DNA of 64,000 bases from the human T2T-CHM13v2.0 reference genome, Homo sapiens. The notes under the pieces are model-generated. The model was not told where the DNA came from, searched no databases, and saw only the letters and a list, made by a program, of their open reading frames with translations. Location of the stretch: the NCBI RefSeq assembly GCF_009914755.1, contig NC_060925.1, one strand, 5' to 3'. This document shows positions 27,251-40,840 of the stretch, one piece after another; the stretch's first letter is position 1; every line of letters starts with the position of its first letter. Both the position numbers and the translations under genes were made by a program.

Positions 27251-28624
27251 AAGAATACGGTGGGGTTGTTTAACCAACACTTACAATATACACACTTTTC
27301 AGCTTTTCTCCCCCTGGGTTGCCCAGGCTCAGAGATCTGGATGCTGGTGGCAAAGGGTTGAGAGATAAGGGGCTAATGATCCCTGTGGGCATCTGTCTCC
27401 GAAGCCTCCTTCTCTGGCATGTTGATCCGTGGCATAAAATACATTTCATTGTCATGGGCTTTGGGGAAGGTGTCTGTATGGCGAGCTGGTTTTTTGTATT
27501 CTTCTGTTGAGTTTGGTCTTTTCAGCTGTCTGTTAAATAATTCATACAGCTCATGAAAGTAATATTTCTGGGATGTAGGGGGTTCCATTTTTCCAATTCC
27601 CTTTCACTCCATCTTTTTTTTTTTTTTTTGAAGCGGTTGTAGGGAGAACTTGGCAGGCGTGGCCTGGGTGGTATAATAAAACCTTCTGTCTTTTCCTCTC
27701 ACCTCTCCAGCTCAGACTGGGAGGGCAGGAGGGGTTCCTGACCTTCAGCAGGCCAAACCAAGGTCAAGCCTGAGGTTTGAGTTTGGTTTTCATCTCAGAG
27801 TTCAGCCATCAAAGGGTGCCAAAGGCACAGGCCATTTTCATCGCTGTGCTGGACACCCGTTCGAGCCATTTTCCTGTGGGGAGGGCCTCTCCTTTCAGTA
27901 TCCCTAAGTGCTTGCCTGGTGCCTAGCATGGGGCTTTGCCCCTGGTAGATAATGATGGTCTGGCAAAATGGATTGAGTTGAGGCCATTTTGGTGGAAGGC
28001 AGGACTCGGTACTCTTAACCTCTGTTATCATGGTCAAATAAATCGAATAACGGATTGGCCAGTTTTGTTTGTCTTCACGGGTTAGATTGGCATTCAGCCT
28101 TTGCCAGTGCATAAGCGAAGCCTCTTGTGGAAGAGTGAAGTCTCCTCCTTCTTGCCCCACAGAGCCTCCAAGCTGGGTCGTGTGTCCTGCTGAGTGTCGA
28201 CCCCCGGCCGTCCGCTCTGTACTGTGTTTGTCTTTTCATCTGTGACCCTCCGCTACACTGAAATCCCCCCCTGAATGGGGACCAGGTCTACCTGGTTCAC
28301 TGTCGATGGAATGTGAAAGGATATTTTCAAAATTAAAACAGGCTTTCATGGAGTCATGTGCAACCTTCCTGAAAGTCTGAGGTGAGAGGGGCATTTCCTT
28401 GGAGCCCTCCCATCCCACCAGAAGCCCCCTTTACCTTGGATCTCCACAGCCCTCGAGGGGCTCTTTGGGAGTTCTGTGCCCAGGCAACATGACCTGCGTG
28501 AGGCCCTTCCCTTGAAAGTAGACCTTTGGGATGACTGCCCATTTGCTCGTTGTGTGCTCCAGGGCAAGAATTTCATATCCGCATCTGTAAACTCTACACC
28601 CACTTCAAAGAATTAATTGGGAGG

Positions 28625-29040
28625 TATTATGGACTAAATATTTGTGTCCCCCACCCCAAATTCATATTTTGAAGTCCAAGCCTTCAGTATGACTGTATTT
28701 GGAGACCGGGCCTCTAAGGAAGGAATTAAGGTGAAATGCAGTCTTATGGATGGGGCCCTGATCTGATGGTATTAGTGTCCCTATAAGAAGAGACACCAGA
28801 ACACTCCTCCCCACCCCCACCCCTACCCTTCCCTGCATGCACACGCACACAGGGAAAGGCCACCTGAGGACACAGTGAGAAGGTGACTGTCTGCAAGCCA
28901 GAAAGACAGCCCTCTTGGGAAACTGAGTCAACTGGCACCTTGATCTTGGACTTCCCAGCCTCTAGAACTATGAGAAATAAATGTCTTTTGTTGAAGCTGC
29001 CCAGTCTATGGTATTTTGTTATGAAGACTAAGCTGAGACA
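28625..29040 (+). mobile_element. MLT1A-type MaLR solo LTR
   Basis: ATTAGTGTCCCTATAAGAAGAGACACCAGA, GAGGACACAGTGAGAAGG, GGCACCTTGATCTTGGACTTCCCAGCCTC. Confidence 0.9.
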
Positions 29041-29072
29041 GGGGAATTAATCCATATAAAAATATAAATCTT

Positions 29073-29713
<641 letters not shown>

Positions 29714-29859
29714 TCACACAGATGCCCCTGCCTGGCTCTCCACTTTCCCTCCCCCAGGAGGCCACCCCATCTCCATTCTACAGACAAGGAAATGCCTTGG
29801 GTTTCAAATGAGGAGAGCTGACATTCACTTCTCACTTGCAGGTGTCCAGGTACAGGTAT

Positions 29860-30040
29860 ATTCTCACTCAGTTCGCACAACTACCCCACAAGGTACATTT
29901 TTTATATCATCCCCATTTCATAGGTGAGGACATTGAAGCAGAGTGCTTTTAAGTGACATGCTGAAAGTCACACAGTTAGTGATGCTGGTGCAGGGATTTT
30001 AAACCCAGGCAGGTGACTTTGGAGCCTGTGCTTAGGGTCA
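29860..30040 (-). mobile_element. MIR
   Basis: CCCCATTTCATAGGTGAGGACATTGAAGCAGAG...GTCACACAG. Confidence 0.75.
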
Positions 30041-30364
30041 TATGTTTTACTGCCTGGGGGGCTGAATAATGGGTCCAGATCCCACATTGCCAGACTGGGG
30101 TTTGAACTGGGTTCCACCTGGATTCCAAAACTTCCCATGATGTTATACTGCTCTGGAGTCAAGAATGTAATTCTTAATGGTGGGGTTTTGATGCAATGAC
30201 AGCAGCAGTAACTTTAAAAATAGAAGATGACAGATGATGATAAGCGACTGAACATAGGAAAGAGGTGGTGTCCGGGCCCTTTAGGGGCAGGACTGTGCCT
30301 GTGTGGCAGCAAATTGGGCACAGAAGAACACAACAGTGTTTGCAGGAGAAGGTTGTGGGTTCAT

Positions 30365-30545
30365 ACTCACAACATCCTCAGGAGGTTGGTGCTATTATTA
30401 TTCCCATTCTACAGGTGAGGAAACTGAGACACAGAGAGGTGAAGAAACTTGCCCAGGGCCACACAGCTAGTAATGGTAAAGCCAGGATTTGAACCAAGGT
30501 GGTCTGACTCCTGACTCCATTCTCCTAGCCATCATGCCATGCTGC
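30365..30545 (-). mobile_element. MIR
   Basis: CCCATTCTACAGGTGAGGAAACTGAGACACAGAGAGGTGAAG..ACTTGCCCAGGGCCACACAGCT. Confidence 0.9.
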
Positions 30546-31046
30546 CTTCAATGGAGATTTGATACTGTATGGTAACATTGACGTGGTGGAGGATGTTATA
30601 GGCAAAATAAAGAAGATGGTATTGCATTTCTCCTCACTAGCTGAGGACTTGACAGAGTGGGGATTTGTAGGATGCATATGTCCTGTGTGTCCAAGAAGCT
30701 GGTGGCATTATGGACCTATGTACTGACTTGGAGGATATTCCTCTTAGCTCCATGCTGACTAAATAGATTGCTACTGATGACAGTAGACCTCACCAGGACA
30801 GGTGCACTGAGTTGACAATTTGGGGAATTTTCCTGAGGCCTCTGTTCCACTTCCTTAGACACTACAGGGCTCTGTGTGGTGTGAACAAGCCCTTCAGTGC
30901 TGCTACTGTTCACAGGTGCTGAGCTCGACTGGTGGCCTTCCAGGAAGACAGTGCGGCTAAGAGTGGAGGCTGCTGGGATTTGAATCCACTCAGTTATTTA
31001 CTGGCTGTCTAACTGTGGGCAGGTTACTAATCTCTGTGTGTCTCAG

Positions 31047-31457
31047 TGCTGTAGTTTGAATGTTTGTGCCCCTAAACCTCATGTTGAAGTTTGATCCTCA
31101 ATGTTGGAGGTGGGGCCTGGTGGGAGGTGTTTGGGTCATGGGGGCGGATTCCTCATGAATGGCTTGGTGCTGTCCTCAAGGGAGGGAGGGAGTTCTCACT
31201 CCAGTCATTCCCTGGAGAGCTGGTTGTTAAAAAGCAACTGGCACCTTTCCACTCTCTCTTGCTTCCTCTGTCGCCATGGGATCTCTGCACATGCTGGCTC
31301 TCCTTCACTCTCCCTATGAGTGGAAGCAGCCTGAGGCTTCCCACCAGATGCCCAGTCTTCCAGCCAGCAGAATCATGAGCCAAAAAAAACCCCTCTTTTT
31401 CTTTATAAATTGCCCAGCCTCAGGTATTCCTTTATGGCAAACAAATGGACAAAGACA
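31047..31457 (+). mobile_element. MSTB-like MaLR solo LTR nested inside a MIR (MIR halves ~30950-31046 and 31458-31590)
   Basis: TG...CA ends, GGAGGTGGGGCCTGGTGGGAGGTG, CCCAGCCTCAGGTATTCCTTTA; splits the MIR core at CTCAG/TTCGG. Confidence 0.9.
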
Positions 31458-34419
31458 TTCGGTTTCCTCATCTGTGCAAAGTGGGTTGTTACCGTACCTC
31501 CCTCTCAGGGCTGTGATGAGGATGAGATCGATGAAGTGCTTAGAGCCTTGCTTTGCACACAGTGCCCATATTACTGTTCTTGTTGCTGTTTGTATCGCAG
31601 TGGGGCTGGCTGTCCTGTGTTTACGGCTGACTCACCATTGCGGCTTGAAGACTTTGCAGGTCTTCCATCTACATCCAGGAGGGATGCCGCTAACTCACCT
31701 GTCCTCTTTCACACAGCCTCTTCATCACTGATGGCAGATGTTGGGGGACTCGGTAGGGATTTCGGATGCAGCAAAGTCAACTCCCTTACGTCTCCTCTAT
31801 GGCTCTGTGGAGCTGAGATCTAACCAACTGAGGGATCAGTGGCTGGCTGCCATATGTCAGAGCTGAGGTCAGAGACCCTGCCTGGCCTGGTCCTTCAGTT
31901 CACCTCTGGCTCTTAATGACTGTGGAATTGCTTGTTTTCTCTGGTGTCAGAAGGTGTCCTTGTCATTTTTTTAAACCATCTCCATAGATGTTACAAGTAA
32001 AGTCATCAAGGCCTTTAGACACGATGAGAGGAAGGGATCTGAGGGCAGAGAGTCAGCTCTTGCATCTTTTTCTCTCAAACTACCTTAGTACCAACCAACT
32101 ATTGCTAGAGCGCCTTTTGTGCAAGTCTTTGAGAACACAATATGGACAAGCTGGACACAGCACCAGCCCACAAAGAGCTTTCAGCCCAGTAGGGAAGACA
32201 GTTCAACAACCATGAAGAGGATCTAGAGAGTTAATCAGGGTATCCCAGACAAAGCTCTACTGAGACTTTATCTGTAGCAGGGTTGCTGGAGGGAGTTGTA
32301 TCCAATATGCCAGACCGACTCATATTTGAGGGAATCTTAGGGCATTTTCTGTCTTAGTAGTAATAAGCACATTGCAAGGTTTTATAAAACCCATAGGTTT
32401 AAGGTTTTCATTTGCATTGTAATTGCCTGACTTCCAATTGCCTGTGGCCAATTTTTAGTCCCAGATTGACCTATCACCATCACTTCTGTTTTCTTAAGTC
32501 ACCTGTGCAGGCTTCCTGGGGACTCCACTTTGCACATCCAACTTGTCCCATTCAACACACATTATTCATAATGAGCCTATTGTGTACCAGGCCTGGAAAT
32601 TGAAAGCCTCAGTTCAAAGGACTTTACTCTCTTTTCCTGAAAAGTTGAGCATATGTTGGTTTTTGTAAATCTGATATCTAACGTACTAAGAGAGTTTACT
32701 TTTTAAAGGAACCTTCAAATTTAGTGTTTGACTTTCTGTACCTTGGGTGTTTTTAGAGTGGGGCATACATACACTCCTGTTAGCAGAAGCTAAAGAAAAT
32801 TAGGAAGACAATGACATAGCATTCTAGAAATGGAGGGACCTAGGCAATTATCTGACTCAACTTCTGGATTTTTACAGATGAGGTGATTTAGACCTTGACA
32901 CAAGACATGGATGTTTTTGGTGGCTGAGCTGGCAAGAGGCAGGGCCCAGGCTCATTGTCTGTTGCTCCTTCCTGTGTGCCCTGCTCCTAAACCAGTTGTC
33001 TAGTCTGTCTGGGTTATCTGTTGGTTTGCCTTATCTGTTCTGGGTTCCTAACCTCAGTGTGAGGAACTGACTCTATCATATTTCCATAAAACCAGCATAG
33101 GAGTTTTTAATCTCAGGCTGAGTTGTCCCCCCAACTGCTGGCCCTCCTGGGCCCCATTTTGGGCATTCTCCTTCCTCTTGGAGCTTGTGTGTGGAATTTC
33201 AATCCTGCTGCGACATTTGGCTACTTGAATTCACTGATCTCCAAGAGCATGCATGATGCTGACAGACCTCTCCCTCTTGTGCCCAGAAACCCCACTAAAG
33301 GAGCAAGGACAGATGCAGCCACCACTGCCCTTGGACGGGGGAAGTCATTGAACAGAAGGGCACGAAGACGTGGCACACAAAGCCTATTGTCCCTGCTGCG
33401 GCCATGCTGGGCACCTCAGTGCCTGTTCTCTTGGGCTGCTACCGCTTGAGGTGTGTGGAGCATGGGAGCTGGATAGGCATGTGGCCCTGGACGCTGCCCC
33501 AGCCAACAGCCACTCAGGTGGGGGCCTGGTGGGGGGCAGGAAAGAGCCTCCCACATTCTTCATGCAATTCTTCTTCTATTTTGCATAGCCAAGTATCGAT
33601 TTTGGGAACCTGACTCTGGTTGCAAATGAAAACCTGAGGGCTTTGGTGAGGTGAGGGATGCACCAGGAACAAGAGTCTCTTTTCAGGGCAGCCCCATCTG
33701 GAGGGGAGACTTGGACTTTGGCCATCTCCTCATCACCCCTAAATTATCTCCCTCGCTGGGACCCTGTGCTAGTTCCAGGCAAGGTACAGTCACAGGGCAG
33801 GAGAAGGAGGAGGAGATCACCCTGGGAGTCACTTCCCAGGGACATCAGGAGATGCTGATCTTCAGCGGGGGCCTGTAAGATGATGACCGCCCTGGCGAGG
33901 GAGGGTTACAGAAACAGATAAAAGACAAGACCAAACAAAGAGAGTTCACTTTGGCTCCCCTGTCTTCTTTCAGATGAGGCCTGACTACCTGGGCAGTGAG
34001 AGCTAGAGTTAGGATGAAGGGGAAGGGGACTGGACTGCTTTATGCTGACTTTCTTTCTCCTTTTCATAGAGAGGGGGTTTGGGTAGGAATAGTGGGGTGG
34101 CAAGAAACTTGTTGAAGAGAGCTGTGCAAACAATGGCTGGTGCATGCCAAAGCTGGCAGTCAGTGGTTCTTAATGTTTGAATGGAAGTGGCTGGAGCTAG
34201 CTTTTTTTTTTTTTCTTCCACAGTCAGTGTTGCCAAGAAAACAAGGAGTAGCTGTTTTAAGCATTTACAAATGGTAATGTACCAACAGCTGGTCTCAGTC
34301 CAACCGAGCTATTGTAGGGGTATTAAAAAGACAGGCCAGAGTTGGAGATGTACTGCCAACCTCCCTTGCAGAGTTGGGGAACATTTTACTTGGAAAAAAA
34401 GGTCTTATATTCCTGCAGA

Positions 34420-34700
34420 GATCGACAGGACGGTTCTCCTGTGGAGTCAGTGCCTTGCTTGGCAGAGGAGGCAGCGCGGGCAGGCCAGCCAAATGCTTGG
34501 GCGACAGGGAAGCGTGGAGTCTGCGGGCTTGCGGCGGATTTATCAGCGCAGCCATGCCACCTCCCTGCTCACAAGAGGCTCGCGTGCACATGCGTGTGGA
34601 CATGGCTGTCTCGCGTCTGCATCCGCGTGCACACTGATGGCGGCTTGGGCATGGTGGCGGCAGCAGCAAGACCAGTGTCACCCCCGAGGCCCGGGCTCCA
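34420..34700. promoter_or_regulatory. Small CpG-rich island (candidate promoter/enhancer)
   Basis: About 21 CpGs in ~280 bp by hand count, in otherwise CpG-depleted non-repeat DNA. Confidence 0.55.
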
Positions 34701-34949
34701 GGTCCCCATGTGCTCTGAGTCTCTGCTCTCTCCTGAACATCCGTGGCTCCCTTCCCTTTCTTTTTACCCAGGCCAAGAAGACGAAAGAGAAAATCTCACG
34801 GAAATGCTGCCCTCCTTTCCCTCTTTCCCGGTCCTCTGCCCCTCAATAGCATACAGAGGCACCCGAGCAAAGGGCAATCTGGGTTTATCTCCTGCTCTTC
34901 ATCTCAGCCCTGAATCTGGGGTGTTCTTTAGGGTTTTTTTTCATCCCAG

Positions 34950-35620
34950 GAAATTGTAATACACAGAGCATGCTTCTTCGCTAAATGTAATTACCAGTGG
35001 CCCTGTGTTTATGGATGAGGCATGGTGGAAAGTAATAGAAAATGATTATTTTTCGTACTGAAGGCCTTCTTTATTAGTGGTGCGGTAGGGACGTCAGCTG
35101 CCTTCTCTGAATGGCAATGCAATGTTTTGCTTTCCCCAGCAAGATAAACGATCTTATTTGTTGATGTTTGCTGCTTGAGATGACATTTATGTGAAATAAA
35201 AGGGACCAAATTAATAATAAAAAAAATGATTAGCCAGACACAAATGAAAAATGTACATCTCTCCCCCACCCCAGTTAAGTTGTTTGTATTTACATGCTAT
35301 TCACAAATAATGGCAAAATGCCCAATAGTTGGATGGCGAGGGTTTTTTCTTTTACAATCATATGGCTTGATTCCGTTTTCCAGATCTTGTCTGAGAGCTG
35401 CTATTTGAAATAAAAATGTTTGCATCCATTTCCTCATTAATCCTTCCGTTGTAATACAACCTGCTGCAGAGAAATGGCAAAACAGATGCAACAATGAAAA
35501 TTAAAAGGGATGGACACTTATCTGGGGCTATAAAAGCTGCTAACCATGTAGGAACGAGAGAGGCTTTTGGACAGAAAATATGGCAAATGATAGAAACAAT
35601 CATCGGACTAAGAGTTTGCT
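34950..35620. promoter_or_regulatory. Candidate conserved non-coding element / TATA promoter
   Basis: Repeat-free AT-rich block; GACGTCA at 35090, AGATAA, TGTTTG/TATTTAC forkhead-like sites, TATAAAAG 35529-35536. Confidence 0.35.
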
Positions 35621-36654
35621 ATTTGCAAAACTCTGGTGGGACATTTCTCTGCTTGTAACGGCTGGAGGATCACTTCTGAGTTTAGTGCACACCAGAGAGA
35701 GTGTGTGTCTGCTTTGCCTTGAGGCCTGTCTTCAATATTTGGGGCATCTACCCATCTGGTTTCTCATTGGGCTGAAATTTTCTCGACACAAACAAGCACT
35801 TTGCAAAGGATCTATAGACCTCGTGTTTTGAGGGCTCTATATTTTTGCCTGGAAATATTGCTTCCTGCCCTCCTGGGAATTACAGACCTAGAGCAAAGCT
35901 GGATTGACCTTGATCTTTATTTTGCAGCCAAATATATTATGTTCTGGGGAGGCAAAGGGTTTTATAGCATGTGTGGGGGTGAGGGGCCATAATTCTATAC
36001 TGCTCAAACAACTGGATACAGAGGAAAAAGAAGGTCCAAGTGCACTTTTTTGGGTATATGTGATACCGATGTATATGATTCTAGTTTTTTTTCCCCCCAT
36101 CTAATTGTCTGATGTTACCTCAAGCTTATACTCACCTCCTGAATTCACTGGGATTTGGGGTCATATGGAGATTCAGTAGTTTTGTGCATACTTACCGAGC
36201 ATCACCTGTTTGCAGTCTAGGAGTAACAGAGGGAAACAGAGAAAGGCAGAAATGTGATCTTTGCCTTGAACAGCTTAAAAACTTCCTGGTAGAGACTGGA
36301 CTGGAATAATTAAATACACAGAAAGACAAACAGCCAACGAGGGCCATGCATGTGGGAGTTGATGAGTGAGACGTGAGATGAGAGCATGGCTCTTGGGGGA
36401 GGTTGATTGTGGCTACATCTCCCCATGCAGTGCTGAGAGCAAGAGACCAGTACAACTTGCTGATGGATTGATCAGACCCTGACAAGTAAACTAAACAAGC
36501 AGAGGAGATGGAAGTCCGTGCATGTGGAACATTTGTTAAATGTGTCAGACCTTGGGTGACTAGCTTCTGGTTTGATTGACACATTGGAATAATTTTTTGG
36601 TCAGGGTGGGTGTACAGTTCAGACCTGTCTGGTAGGCCTAGTAGAGGAATACAG

Positions 36655-36870
36655 GTGGTAAAGAGGCTCTGGACATGGATCAAGTCTTGGCTCTGCCACT
36701 TACTGTTCAAACATCTTTGGCTTTAATCTTTTAGTGCCTCAGTTTTCAAATCTGTGAAATAGGTAGAATCATAGCACCTATTTTGTAATTTCACCCTAGG
36801 GATTAAATGACAGAATATATCACAGTGCCTAGCACCAAACCAAGTATGTGACCAAAAATGTTCATGCAAA
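36655..36870 (+). mobile_element. MIR
   Basis: GGCTCTGCCACTTACT...GTGCCTCAGTTTTCAAATCTGTGAAATAGG...GGATTAAATGA. Confidence 0.8.
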
Positions 36871-39325
36871 GAATTATTTTTATTCTATATATCTTTTATC
36901 TTCATTTCTGCTTCTATTCCTGTCTGAGATGCAGGGCCAAATATGTGTTAATTGTCCTTAGGATCATCCTTGACAAGGAAGATACTTGTCTTTTCAGTAA
37001 AAGGGAGGCCCGCTTCCTATGATGTAGCTGAGGGCAGGAAGCTGGGCTGCATGACCTCTCATAGTTACTCTTAGCAATTTGGTTTTTGAATTTTTTGAAT
37101 TCTTCTGCTTCAAAAGCCTTAGCAGGGCTTGGCCATAGGGGAGTTGTGCCTTTTGGTGAATTGGTAGGCAGGGAAGTGGTTAATTAGGCACAGCCCCCAG
37201 TACAGAAAAAGTCCCACCCATGATGTAGTTGGGAATCTGGTTCTGTTGAATCATTACACGTAGATTTTTAAAAATTTTATCAGCAGAACCGATGGTCTGC
37301 TCCTGGTGCTGTTGAAACTCACCACCACTATGCACGCAGCACTGCTCATGAACAGCTGCTGAAGAGTGTGAGTAGGGAAGGCAGGAGAAATAGTAACACA
37401 GCACCTACAGCCCGGTCTCAACTGGTAGAGGCTGGCAAACAGTGGCAGCAAAAGCACCAGGGTGGCACGATACAAGCAGAGATGGATTGGCAGGTGGGAG
37501 GAGGAGGGTCAGGGCTGGGGATACTGCTGTACTGCTTTTGTCAAGTAAAACTTAAGGGTAGATTACAGGAAAAGGAACAGAGTAATCCTTATTCCCAACT
37601 TAGATGTCAACATTATCTTGTCACACATGGAATTACAGCTTCCAAAATGTGGATGGGCATCAACTCATGAACTTCTCAAGAACAAAAGCCACATCTTATG
37701 CATCTTTGTATTTATTTCAATGCCACTTGCCTTCCCTGGCCCAGAGTTTGCTCCTGCTATATGTGATTAAATGCTTGACTATGTGAGTACTGCACATGTG
37801 TAGTGTGCCAAGGAAAACTGCTCCCACAAACTGACATTATCTTGCTGAGTTTGGATGCAATACCAACGCATGCATCTTCCAGAGCCTGGAGGAAAATTCA
37901 GGAATTCTGATTTAACTGATATTTATTTGGTCAGTTAAATCATTTCCAGAGCAAGTTTCTGTACCTAAAGTGCGGATGTTGGTGTATGAGAGGGCTAGCT
38001 GGCTCTTTCTTTTCATTTCTGGAAAGAGAAATATGTGTGAAATTCAACGACATCTGCTGAAATTCAAACATATTTTTATTTATTCATGGCCATGATCAGG
38101 GCAGAACCTCTAATTTCAACCAATAATTAGACTTGACAATAGATGTGGAAATAAAACATTTTTGCTGAATTCACTTGTCATTCCTCCCTGCTGTAGCTGG
38201 TGTAACCCAGATGTCAGCTGTCCCTTATTTTTCTCTTCGAGTGTCCCCTCCCTCAACCCCCTCATACTAATGCATTAGTGAGCCTCATGGCATTTACTGA
38301 GGGTCTCATGGGAGAGACACAAGAGAGGGCTGACATTGCATACTTCACAGTCACCCACTTAAATATCTCTTGGGATCCAAAAACAGTTTCTTGGAGGTAT
38401 TGGTGCTGCCATTCCACCAAGAATCCCTTTTTCTTTCTCTTTTGGTCCACCCGGATCAATAGGTTTTAACCCTGTGTCTTTTCTCCCTTCACTCCGAAGT
38501 TCAAATTCCTCCCCTTGCTGTTATGGAGTTTTTAATCTCACTCTTAATGTATCACCATCCTGCATGCTGCTGCTCACAGGCAATTTAAAGACCTTCTGAG
38601 CAAAAAAGACCAACTATCTTTTTTTGACTTGACTAGCATTCCTTCTGGAAGGACTTGGATAATCGCCATTTTCCACGCTGATGATCCAAGCATTTGTTTA
38701 TGCTTTTTGCTATTTGGTCCTTGAAATGACTATGAGATTGTCATATCTGCAGAAAGTCCTTGCTAGCCTTTTCCCTAAGGCTTCAGGGGAATGGTGAGGC
38801 AGGAGCCAGAAGGTAGGAAATGGGGAATGAATGGGATTGAGTAAGGGCAGACAATGGTTTCAGGAAGTTTGCTTGTGAAAGGGAGGAGAAGGAGGAGGAC
38901 CTGGGAGTGGGATGGAAGGTCAAGAGAAGCTTGCTTAATAAAAATGGAAGATCTCAAGGCATGTTCAAACACTGATGGGGAGGAGTAAGGAGAGAGGGAG
39001 AGGCTGAGGATTAATCTCTGAGAAGGGCGAGGGCATGTGATTTAGAGCACCAGCGCAGGGATTAGCCACAGCCGAAGACAGATGTAATGGAAGGGAGGCC
39101 AAGGGACATGGAGCCGTGGACAGGTTGGCTGTGAGGCTGAGGAGGATGAAGGGGTGTACGGAGGAGGCTGGGTGACCTCATGGCAGCTTAGCTGAGTGCA
39201 GAGTCCGAAGTTCTGTCCTGGAAGGGGCAATACAGTTGGCTGTTGTCATTGCTGTTTACCATGTGGATTCCTGGAGCCTGCCTGAAAACCTGGTCTGCGA
39301 GCTCCCTGTGAACTAGCATCTTTTC

Positions 39326-39579
39326 CAGGGGTTTTCTGGATCCAGCTCATGCTCGTGCCAATGATTAAATCTTTAGAGAAATTTGCAAGCCAGGTATTAA
39401 ACCATTAGTAGTTTGAAATCGGCCATGGCGAGGGAGTATTTATACTACAGAAATTGGAAATGGCAGCAAACTAGGGCCTTCCCACTGTGAATGCACCCCT
39501 CACACCCCCCTACCCCTCACCCCACCTCCACTGCCAGCCTCGGAATGCTGGTTGCTAGACCTTCAGCCACTCAGCACTG
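39326..39579 (+). mobile_element. MER63A-like hAT-Blackjack MITE (in left arm)
   Basis: TAGTTTGAAATCGGCCATGG..GGGAGTATTTATACTACAGAAATTGG..CAAACTAGGGC; CAG...CACTG ends. Confidence 0.8.
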
Positions 39580-40229
39580 CTTTCAACTCTTGCTCCTTAC
39601 CTCCCTCGGTTTGGTGCACTGCTCTACGCCTTATAGAGTGCATGTGATGGCTTTGCTCTTCTGTGCCTCAGCTTCCTCCTCTATCCCCAGGTCTTTGCAG
39701 CCTGGGAAGTCAGGTGGAAATGGGCCATGCCTGCAGCAGAGCATGGTCTCTGAGAGGTGTTGGATGAACATCACAGGGGGAATGGCTGTATTGGGGTGTT
39801 CGTGGGTGCTTTTCTGGAAGAAATTCTCCTCTGTGGATATGCTCTTACTCTCTCCACCCACTCGCAAGTCTAGGAAGCTTTAGCTTGTTTTCTTTCTGTA
39901 CTTGCATATTGGAGGAAGAGGGATTTTCCCTGCCCTTCCCAGCTCCACGAACTGCACACACAGAAGGAAACAGCGCAGCTGCCCCTCATGCTGAGGCTCA
40001 GGGCACCATCAGTGCAGTGGCACTGTGGAACTTATTGACAGAGGGCTGGCGTGGGCTTCTAGAAACAGCTCTGTTCTTCCCAGTTCTCTAGCAGAGCGGC
40101 TGTGCCCTTTCCCACCCTCCTTCCCCTGCCGCAGCTTCCCACACCTGCTCTTGCCCTGGCTGCCATTGGCCAATAGCAGGTGTTGGGAACCCGGAACATG
40201 GAATGTCATGGGTCTGTAGTCCAGGGAGG

Positions 40230-40430
40230 ATGGTGGAGGAATCCCAGCTTTAGAGCCCCACAGATCTGGGATTGAGTTTGGGCTCTGGTGGGTGATTTCC
40301 TGGTATTCTTGGGCAAGGTATTAAATATCCAGCTGCAGGGTTCTCCTCTGTGTAATGAAAGATTAGATGTGATCATGTTTGTAAAGAGTCTGGCGCACGG
40401 TAGGATCTCAAAGAGTGTTGGGTGAAGGGT
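40230..40430 (+). mobile_element. MIR (in the inverted-repeat spacer)
   Basis: CTTGGGCAAGGTATTAAA...GATTAGATGTGATCATGTTTGTAAAG..CTGGCGCACGGTAGG. Confidence 0.65.
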
Positions 40431-40639
40431 CAGTGGGGAAGATTAATTATGAATTCAATATTGCATTTCTTCAGGAAACCTTCCTGGACTGCTGCTACTC
40501 TCCCCTACTCACTAGTCACTTGACACCTCTGACAGTGCCCCTTGTCCATCTGCTTCATTGCATGCTGACACTCAAGGCTTAACACTTTTTATGGTATAAG
40601 AAACTGGGCAGGCAGTGAGCTGGGAGCAAGAGTTAAAAG

Positions 40640-40840
40640 CAGTGATTTTCTGCTAACTGTCTAACAACCAGCATCCCAGGGGGAAAAAGGCCCCAGTTTG
40701 TAGCCATTGCCAATTTCTGTAGTGTAAATACTCTCTCACCATGTCTGATTTCAAGCTACTAATGGTTTAATACCTGGCTTACAAACTTTCTAAAGATTTA
40801 ATAATTGGCACGAGCCTGAGCTGGATCCAGAAAAGCCCTG
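40640..40840 (-). mobile_element. MER63A-like MITE (in right arm, inverted copy)
   Basis: Reverse complement of the 39326 copy. Confidence 0.8.

Noticed and set aside
34181-34959. Overlapping 222-aa and 205-aa ORFs
   Set aside because: No recognisable domain; open frames in several phases are expected in a GC/CpG-rich patch
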